Positions 19,776-26,499 of a stretch of DNA of 60,036 nt are shown piece after piece. The translations under genes and the position numbers were made by a program. The notes beneath the pieces were generated by a model. It ran no database searches and was not told the origin of the DNA. It saw only the letters and a list, made by a program, of their open reading frames with translations. Source of the stretch: an uncultured Lysobacter sp. (GTDB lineage Bacteria > Pseudomonadota > Gammaproteobacteria > Xanthomonadales > Xanthomonadaceae). The DNA lies in NCBI GenBank assembly GCA_966185905.1, contig CBIFVU010000001.1, forward strand, positions 1-60,036, in the 5' to 3' direction. Each line of letters begins with the position of its first letter. The stretch's first letter is position 1.

Positions 19776-21623
19776 CTAGCCCGGCGCGGCAACAGGGCGG
19801 TCCAGCCCGCTCGACCAACGCCTCAGCCAAGCCTCGATGTTGAGCTGCGGCCCGAATATTCCCAGCACTTGCGAGGAGTGGTCCGGGCTGACCCGACGGA
19901 GGCCGGCATCGGCGGCGGCACTGTCGATGAAGCCGCGCTTGGCCAGCAACCCGTCGACCAGCAGGCTTCTGATGAAACCCCGGTGGTGCTGGGTGACCGA
20001 CACCGAGTGATCGTCCAGATAGGATTTCACCTTGCGGCGCAGGACCGCCGGGGGTAGCAGGCCCTCGAAAGCGCGACGGGCGATGGTCCGGTCCTCGGCG
20101 TCGGCCATGAGCAAGTACAGCGGAATGCGGGCGAACAGCTCGACGACCGGCTGGGCGCTGATCGGCGAAACGCCATGCCAGCCGCCGGCGCCTTCGTACG
20201 GGTCCAGCACGCTCATCGGGAAGATCATCCGGCCGATGTGCGCCATCTTGTTCGGCGATACGCGATGGCCGCGAGCGAGCGCGTGCCGCAGCCAGGCTGG
20301 CTGCATGTCGTCGTGCTGCGCACCGACGCGCACCCATTCGCAGGGGTTTCCCCAATGGCCGTTGAGCCTGGCCGGCCGCTTCAACACCCCATGCAGCACG
20401 GCGTCCTTCACCACCCCGTACAAGGAATCGCCCGACTGAGCGGTTTCCATCGCCACGCGCCAGAACCGGCGGTCGATGCCGTGGCGCCAGGCGTAATCGA
20501 TGGCGCCGGCGTTGCCCTTGAAGCGCAGGAACACCCCATCGCCGCCCATGCCGGTGAACTGCGCCGGCTCCTTGCCGGCCGAGCCGGGCGGCCGGGCGCG
20601 ACGGTGGAGCAGATAGCCCGAACAGTGCGCGGGCCGCGCCGTCCTGGGAAACGCCAGGATCTGTTCGAGCGCGCAGTGCGGCGCACGCTCGTATTCGAGC
20701 AATTCGCAGCGCCGCCCGGACGATTTGCGCGCCCAGTCGACCGCCATTCTCGCGAAGTTCCGCTCATCGGCGCCGACTGCGGAATCGTAGTGATGGACGC
20801 ATTGTACCTGCGGCCTGGACGGCGCCTGGAGCAAGCCGGCCAGCACGATGGACGAATCCAGCCCGCCGGAGAGTTGCAGTTGGATGTGCGTATGCTGGCT
20901 GGCCAAAGCGCCGATGCAGCCCAGCAAGGTCGATCTGGCCAGGCGAACGGCTTCGTCCAGGTCGGTGATGGGTTCTTCGGCGGCCAGCCTCGCCACATCC
21001 CATTGGCACTGCCGGGCCCCGGGCTTTCCGTTCTCTATCCAGACCGCCTCGCCGGCCTCGATCGCCGAGATGTCCTGGAAGCCCGTCTGGCGGGTGTCGC
21101 GAAATGGGTAGAGCAGCGAATAGGCCAGGTACTCCCAGTCGATGGAGAAGGTCCTGAGCCGCAGCAGCAGGCAGTCTTCCAGGTTGGAGAACACGACCGT
21201 CACATCGTCGGCGACGACCATGTAGCACGGGATTTCCGCGCTGGGATCGCGCAAGGCGAACCATCTGCGCGTCCGCTCGTCATGGCCGAAGGCTACATAC
21301 CTTCCCCAGTAGCGCTGCACGATGGCGCCGCCCTGAGTGTCGCAGGCCGCCTGGGCGGATGCCCGGTCCAGCAGCGCGCGCTCGGGCCTCTGGCCGGCGC
21401 CGAAGTTCTTGGTGAAGATCTTGCCGAGGACGACGAGCGCGCCGGCCCGGTTGGCCTCGAACACCCCTGGATCGTCGCTTTGGCAGTAGATGGCGGCGCC
21501 GCTTTCTCGCAGGACACAGGACAGGCCGGGGAGGCCTGTCTCGACCCTTGCCGTCGCCAGCCTGGCCTGTTCGGCTGCCGGTTCCGATGCGCTGTTCCAG
21601 AAAACGGCGATGTACCTGTACAT
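19776..21623 (-). CDS. Lasso peptide cyclase (C protein, asparagine synthetase-like)
   Basis: PP-loop LSGGLDSS and TGMGGDG motifs; lacks the N-terminal catalytic Cys of AsnB; directly downstream of the B gene. Confidence 0.93.
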   Translation of the reverse strand: MYRYIAVFWNSASEPAAEQARLATARVETGLPGLSCVLRESGAAIYCQSDDPGVFEANRAGALVVLGKIFTKNFGAGQRPERALLDRASAQAACDTQGGAIVQRYWGRYVAFGHDERTRRWFALRDPSAEIPCYMVVADDVTVVFSNLEDCLLLRLRTFSIDWEYLAYSLLYPFRDTRQTGFQDISAIEAGEAVWIENGKPGARQCQWDVARLAAEEPITDLDEAVRLARSTLLGCIGALASQHTHIQLQLSGGLDSSIVLAGLLQAPSRPQVQCVHHYDSAVGADERNFARMAVDWARKSSGRRCELLEYERAPHCALEQILAFPRTARPAHCSGYLLHRRARPPGSAGKEPAQFTGMGGDGVFLRFKGNAGAIDYAWRHGIDRRFWRVAMETAQSGDSLYGVVKDAVLHGVLKRPARLNGHWGNPCEWVRVGAQHDDMQPAWLRHALARGHRVSPNKMAHIGRMIFPMSVLDPYEGAGGWHGVSPISAQPVVELFARIPLYLLMADAEDRTIARRAFEGLLPPAVLRRKVKSYLDDHSVSVTQHHRGFIRSLLVDGLLAKRGFIDSAAADAGLRRVSPDHSSQVLGIFGPQLNIEAWLRRWSSGLDRPVAAPG

Positions 21624-21636
21624 GGGCCGAGCTTCG

Positions 21637-22335
21637 TCAGAGCACCAAGATGGGAACCATCCGGCGCAGATTGAAGGGAATGTCGGTCAGGACGTGGTCC
21701 TCGTGCTGGAGCCAGCAGTGCGCCGCGAAGGGTTCGGCGCGCACGGCGAACACCCAGGCCGGATGGATGCCGTACTTCGACAGGAATTCGCTGAGCGCCA
21801 GGCAATAGAGGAAGCACTCGTCGGTTTTCTTGAAACCGAGCGGCCGGAGCCAGTCGAACACGCCGACCAGGGAGGCCAAGCGCGCCGTGTCGATCGGCCG
21901 GCCCTGCTGGACGCGCTTGCTTCGCTGCACCCTCGATACCGTGTACCTGAAAGGCAGGACCTTCTTGCTGAAAGCGGCGTAGGCCACCGAAGCCGCGAAT
22001 CTGCGCACGTCGGTCGCGGTGATGGCCGGGCGGCCTCTTGGCTGGCCTTCGCGCAGCCAATGCGCGGGTCGGTCGATGGCGCAGGACGTGGCGGGCTTTC
22101 CCCGCTTGGGATCGGCGGTGATCAAGCGGCGGTCGAGCAGCGACTGCAGCACGGCCGGAGCGGGGCTTCCGTCGGACTCGATGGGCCAGCCCAGGACGCG
22201 GCCGCCGAGGCCCGCCGCGTTGCCCTTGTCGATGGACAGGTACTTTCCCGTGGCCAGATCCAGCAGGAAGACCGCGTCGCTGGCCACGCAGAGGTGGGCT
22301 TGCCTGGACAAGAAGTAGGGCGCTTTTTCTTCCAT
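21637..22335 (-). CDS. Lasso peptide B protein (RRE-like N-terminus fused to transglutaminase-like leader peptidase)
   Basis: VFLLDLATGKYL N-terminal strands; DECFLYCLAL...VRAEPFAAHCWLQ...LTD...PIL gives the Cys-His-Asp triad. Start is 22335 or 22398; the latter lies inside a hairpin. Confidence 0.92.
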   Translation of the reverse strand: MEEKAPYFLSRQAHLCVASDAVFLLDLATGKYLSIDKGNAAGLGGRVLGWPIESDGSPAPAVLQSLLDRRLITADPKRGKPATSCAIDRPAHWLREGQPRGRPAITATDVRRFAASVAYAAFSKKVLPFRYTVSRVQRSKRVQQGRPIDTARLASLVGVFDWLRPLGFKKTDECFLYCLALSEFLSKYGIHPAWVFAVRAEPFAAHCWLQHEDHVLTDIPFNLRRMVPILVL

Positions 22336-22389
22336 GCCACCGTGCAGTCCGCTCAGCCCGTGCAGCCGTGCAATCTCGGGATCGACAGA

Positions 22390-22415
22390 GCGGTGCATGC
22401 CCGGGCATGCACCGC
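22390..22415. promoter_or_regulatory. Perfect 26-bp palindrome (stem-loop) between precursor and B gene
   Basis: GCGGTGCATGCCCGGGCATGCACCGC equals its own reverse complement. Confidence 0.8.
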
Positions 22416-22437
22416 AGGAACCTCTGGCGCTCAGCGC

Positions 22438-22605
22438 TTACGCCGGCGAGGTCGTCGGGAAGATCCCGTCCCACAAGGTCCCGTGGTTGTGCGCCTTGGT
22501 TTCCGAGACCACCGAACCCAGCTCGATCAGTTCGTCGCCACCGCGGACGGCGCGGTCGTTCGCCTTGGCACCGGCGGCCAGGCCCAGCTCAAAAAGCTCA
22601 TTCAT
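22438..22605 (-). CDS. Lasso peptide precursor (A), 55 aa; predicted 18-aa core AHNHGTLWDGIFPTTSPA
   Basis: AAAGGA ribosome site. The leader ends DELIELGSVVSETK, the proteobacterial LIxLG....ET motif with Thr at -2. Asp at core position 9 is the macrolactam acceptor. First gene of an A-B-C operon. Confidence 0.9.
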   Translation of the reverse strand: MNELFELGLAAGAKANDRAVRGGDELIELGSVVSETKAHNHGTLWDGIFPTTSPA

Positions 22606-22712
22606 GACGGTTTCCTTTGGTGAGGTGGATGTACCCGGAAAGAGCATTGGGTACGCCAGGAATCTAAGCCGGACAATCACGTTTGTCACCGATTGTCAAT
22701 ACTTTATTGATA

Positions 22713-22727
22713 TGTTATAATATAACA
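22713..22727. promoter_or_regulatory. Perfect Zur-type box TGTTATA-A-TATAACA in the divergent promoter of the lasso operon and the ParB/Srx-like gene
   Basis: Exact 7-1-7 palindrome matching the core of the proteobacterial Zur consensus, in an AT-rich island of an otherwise very GC-rich region; about 105 bp from each start codon. Confidence 0.85.
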
Positions 22728-22832
22728 ATTTATCGACCACGAACGCACTTTGTTGCGCGCGCCCCGCCGGTCGGCGAGGCCGCCGGAAGGACATCCAGGC
22801 GCGCCCGGTGGGCGAGGACAGACGAGGACGAC

Positions 22833-23759
22833 ATGAGTACCGAGATCGACAACGAGGCGACCGATCCGACCCGCGTACTCAGGGGGCTGTTCCCCCTGCC
22901 GAGGCTGATTCGCTTCGCCAGGGAGCGCTGCGCGCCGCGCAGCTTCGATGAAGCGGCGCTGGCCCAGGAGTGGCGGGAATCGCGCCGCGCAGCGCTCGGC
23001 CTCGGCGACGAAGAGGCCGGCCTGGCCGATGCAGTCGGTGTGCGGCCGCTCCCCGACGACATGCAGCCGCTGGCCGGACAGGCATTGCGGCAGCCTTCCA
23101 TGCACCGCTTGACCTCGCTGGTGCCGCGGTCGTGGTGCATGGTGGAAATCGACCGATTGGTGGTCTTCCAGGAATCCCTCAACCTGCGCCACCTCGATCG
23201 GCTCCGGGCCTGTCTGGCGCCGGCGCCGAGCCCCGGCGAGGTCATGGACTTCGTCTCCAGCAAAGGGGCGAGCGCGCACCCCGCCGTACGCCAATGCCAG
23301 TCCGAGACCGGCTACACGTTCGCCTCGGAATCCAACGATCTTCGCTTTCTCGACGTCGCCACGATCGATCCCGCGCACATCGGACACTACGATCCCTTCG
23401 GCTCGGCGAGCCACGCGATCGTGATCTACCTCGGCTTCAGCGACAACGTGGTCAGCGCCACCCGGATCGGAAAGCGGATCGTGCTGACCAACGGCTCGCA
23501 TCGCGCCTATGTACTGCGCGAGCGAGGCTTCCGCTACGTTCCGTGCCTGCTGACCGATGCGTCCGATCCGGATCTGTCCGAGATCCTGCTGCCCGCCGAT
23601 GTCAAGCAGGATCGCTCGTTCTATCTGCACGCGCCGAGGCCGCCGCTGTTCAAGGACTACGCCGACCCGCGCCTGACCCTGACCCTGCCGGTCGTCCGCA
23701 AACACTATGTGCTCAGCGCCAAGCTGGACTTGCAGAGAACCACGGTGCCGGCGCTGTAA
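22833..23759 (+). CDS. Uncharacterised protein with a ParB/sulfiredoxin-like motif
   Basis: GAGG ribosome site. VEIDRLVVFQ and IVLTNGSHRAYVLRERGFRYVPCLL resemble the ParB/Srx (D/N)GxHR core. Confidence 0.75.
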   Translation: MSTEIDNEATDPTRVLRGLFPLPRLIRFARERCAPRSFDEAALAQEWRESRRAALGLGDEEAGLADAVGVRPLPDDMQPLAGQALRQPSMHRLTSLVPRSWCMVEIDRLVVFQESLNLRHLDRLRACLAPAPSPGEVMDFVSSKGASAHPAVRQCQSETGYTFASESNDLRFLDVATIDPAHIGHYDPFGSASHAIVIYLGFSDNVVSATRIGKRIVLTNGSHRAYVLRERGFRYVPCLLTDASDPDLSEILLPADVKQDRSFYLHAPRPPLFKDYADPRLTLTLPVVRKHYVLSAKLDLQRTTVPAL

Positions 23760-23947
23760 CCCGGTCGATCCCGGGCGGCGAGGCCGGCGCCCGGGTAGCC
23801 GCACGAGGACGCTGTGCCGATGCCGCCGCTGGATCGCCAGCTTGCTGTCCGCAGCCGGCGGACCCTAGCGAGATCCGCCGCGATGCTGCTGGCGACCGGC
23901 CCACGCCGCACCGCTCCGCCGACCCACGATGCAGGCCCTGCCCCCCC

Positions 23948-25759
23948 ATGACCCAGTCCATCGCCGTGCCGCTGCGCGAAATCCTCGCGGTCTATTGGAA
24001 GTCCGACCGTTGGGCCCTGCTCCGGGTTGCCGCGGTGATCCTGCTGTCCAGCACCGCGATGGTCGCCGCGCCCTATCTTTTTTCGCGCTTGATCGACCGT
24101 CTGCCGCAGGAAGGCGCCTCGGCGATGGCCTGGGGATTCATCGGCTATGCCGCGCTGCTCGGCCTGGGTTCGGCGTTGCAACATACCGTGCAGTACCTGT
24201 CCTTCATGAGCGCCGAGAATCTAGGCTTCATCGCCAGCACGCGTTACTTCTCCCGCATCCTGAAAAAGACGACGGCGTTCTTCCTCGAACACAACCCGGC
24301 CGAAATCCAGGCCATCGGCGATAAAGGGCGCAGCGCGCTGAAGATCCTGGTGCAGCTCGGCCTGGTCGCGTTCGCTCCCGGCGCACTGCAGATCCTGCTG
24401 ACCCTCGCCACCCTCGGCGCCCTGATCGACCTGCAGGTCGCGACCCTCGTGTTGGTCTATGGCGCGACTGCGGTAAGCCTTTCCGCGATGGCGACCCGAC
24501 GCGCACGAGTCCACCTGGAAGCGGCCGTCGAGGCCGGCCAGGAGAACGCCCGCTTCGTCGGCAATGCGACTCACGCGATGGAGACGCTGCGGCAGTTCGG
24601 CGGGCAAGCGTGGATGAGCCAGCGATTCGGCCACAAGGCGCAAGAAGTCCGCGACCACTGGCGCGCCTATGTCGTCCACCGCGTCGGCTACATCGCGGTG
24701 CTCGGCCTGGGCCTGGCGATCCAGTTCGCCGTCACCTTCATGCTGCTGCTGCCGCGCTACGAGAGCGGGCTGCTGAGCGTCGGCGACATCGTCCTGTTCA
24801 ATATCCTGCTGTTGCAGCTCAACCAGCCCTTCGAGATGATCGCGCGCGCCATCGACGAGGTCGCCCGCTCGCTCGCCCTGCTCGCCCCGCTCGCGGCGCT
24901 ATGGGCGGCGCCGGAAGAACGCCAGGTACCGGATGCCGCGGGTTTTTCCCCGCAACAGGGGCGGGTGGTTTTCGACAACGTGGGCTATGGCTACGGCAAC
25001 GGCCGCGGCATCCGCGGCGTGTCCTTCCAGGCCGACCGGGGCGGCATCACCTTTCTGATGGGGCAGACCGGGGCGGGCAAATCGACGGTGTTCAAGCTGG
25101 CGATGAAAACCATCGACCCCGATGCCGGCCGCATCCTCATCGACGGGCGGAACCTGGCCGAGATCGACCGGGCGGACTGGTATGCCGTCGTCGCGGTCGT
25201 GCCGCAGGACGCGATTCTGCTCAACGAGAGCCTTGCCGACAACATCCTGCTCGGCCGCGCGCGCGACGATGCCCGTCTGCGCGATGCCGCGCGCAAAGCG
25301 GCGGTCCTGGCCTTCATCGAAAGCCTGCCGCAGGGCTTCGACACCACCGTCGGCGAGCGCGGCCTGAAACTGTCCGGCGGCGAACGCCAGCGCATCGCCA
25401 TCGCCCGGGCGCTGTATGGCGATCCGGCGATTCTGCTCCTGGATGAGGCCAGCTCCGCGCTCGATGCGGCGACCGAGCTCGACGTCATGGGCCATATCCG
25501 CCAGCTCGCCGGGGACGTCACGGTGCTCGCCATCACCCACCGGCGGAATGTGATCGAGCGGACGGACCGGTTGGTTGAACTCGGATGCAGTCATTCCTCA
25601 TCCGGAGCCTGCACGCAAGCGCGAGCCACGATCGAACGGATCTCGTCCGGCAGCCGCTGCGAGAGCGTGCCCGGTGCGACGCTCGCCCCTTTGGCCAGGA
25701 ACAGCTCGACCATGGCGGGGCTGGGCGGATCGGACGGGCCCGAGTGCGAGAGAAGATAG
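23948..25759 (+). CDS. Fused ABC exporter (TMD+NBD, ATM1/ABCB-like), candidate lasso exporter
   Basis: About 6 TM segments, GQTGAGKST, VGERGLKLSGGERQR, LLLDEASSALD, ITHR. The last ~55 codons overlap the convergent gene. Confidence 0.9.
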   Translation: MTQSIAVPLREILAVYWKSDRWALLRVAAVILLSSTAMVAAPYLFSRLIDRLPQEGASAMAWGFIGYAALLGLGSALQHTVQYLSFMSAENLGFIASTRYFSRILKKTTAFFLEHNPAEIQAIGDKGRSALKILVQLGLVAFAPGALQILLTLATLGALIDLQVATLVLVYGATAVSLSAMATRRARVHLEAAVEAGQENARFVGNATHAMETLRQFGGQAWMSQRFGHKAQEVRDHWRAYVVHRVGYIAVLGLGLAIQFAVTFMLLLPRYESGLLSVGDIVLFNILLLQLNQPFEMIARAIDEVARSLALLAPLAALWAAPEERQVPDAAGFSPQQGRVVFDNVGYGYGNGRGIRGVSFQADRGGITFLMGQTGAGKSTVFKLAMKTIDPDAGRILIDGRNLAEIDRADWYAVVAVVPQDAILLNESLADNILLGRARDDARLRDAARKAAVLAFIESLPQGFDTTVGERGLKLSGGERQRIAIARALYGDPAILLLDEASSALDAATELDVMGHIRQLAGDVTVLAITHRRNVIERTDRLVELGCSHSSSGACTQARATIERISSGSRCESVPGATLAPLARNSSTMAGLGGSDGPECERR

Positions 25760-26221
25760 TGATCCAGCGCGCTGCCGAACCGTCCGAACGCCGAGTAGCG
25801 CATGGAAAAATCAGCGCCGTGATCGGACAGGCGCTGCATCAGGTCGCCGCGGTCCCGAGCGGACACGTATACCGCCCGAGACGGCGCGCCGTCGAACTGC
25901 ATCGCGTTGAGGCCTTGCGAATGCGGCAGGAGGCTCGCGAATATGTCTTCGCGCCCCTTCTCCAGCGCCATCGGCAACAGGAAGCCATCGGGGATAACGC
26001 CCTGGTCGAGCGCCAGTTCGACGATATCCGCCGGCGCGCCGGTCTGGATGCGCGCAGTCCTCCAGGAATTCCCGGAGGATCCAGGCGAACGGAATTTCAT
26101 GCAGCGGCGCTGCATGGACATCGCGGTCGGCATCGTACTGGAAGTACCTGGCCTGGGCGGCGGCGCCCGATGGCATGAACATAGCGGCCAGGGCAAGGCA
26201 AGCACCCAATGATCTGGTCAT
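25591..26221 (-). pseudogene. Frameshifted secreted protein with ankyrin-like helices
   Basis: GAGG plus ATG at 26221 gives signal peptide MTRSLGACLALAAMFMPSGAAAQ...EFLEDC. The reading continues in another frame at the TGCGCGC run (~26050) as RIQTGAPADIVELAL...HGAD...MVELFLAKGA. The span of 631 bp is 3n+1. Confidence 0.6.
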
Positions 26222-26499
26222 GATGTCCTCGATGGAAAGCGCCAGGGAAACCGGATAGGAGCGGCTGGCCGACCCTGCACGGAGGGTCGCTGGCGGCAGT
26301 CTTCGCGAGTCATGAAGCCAAGCGGGCGTCTGATGCGGGCAGCCTGGATGGCGAGTTCCTGGCTGTAAACCCGCCGCACCGGGCCCTTCGCGATGCGGTG
26401 CCGATCCACAACGCGAGCATGGCCGCTTCCGCATCGGCGCCGTTGCCACGCCACTCCAGTTGCCCCGGCCCGCGCCTTCCCGCTGCGAACACGCGATCG

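Noticed and set aside
19776-21623. Housekeeping asparagine synthetase AsnB
   Set aside because: It lacks the N-terminal catalytic Cys and sits in an operon with a lasso B peptidase and precursor.
22606-22689. Longer 83-aa precursor starting at 22689
   Set aside because: ATG 22605 has a clear AAAGGA site and gives a normal leader length; the extension lies in promoter DNA.
22713-22727. Fur box
   Set aside because: The sequence fits the Zur TGTTATA-N-TATAACA pattern, not the GATAATGAT-type Fur consensus.
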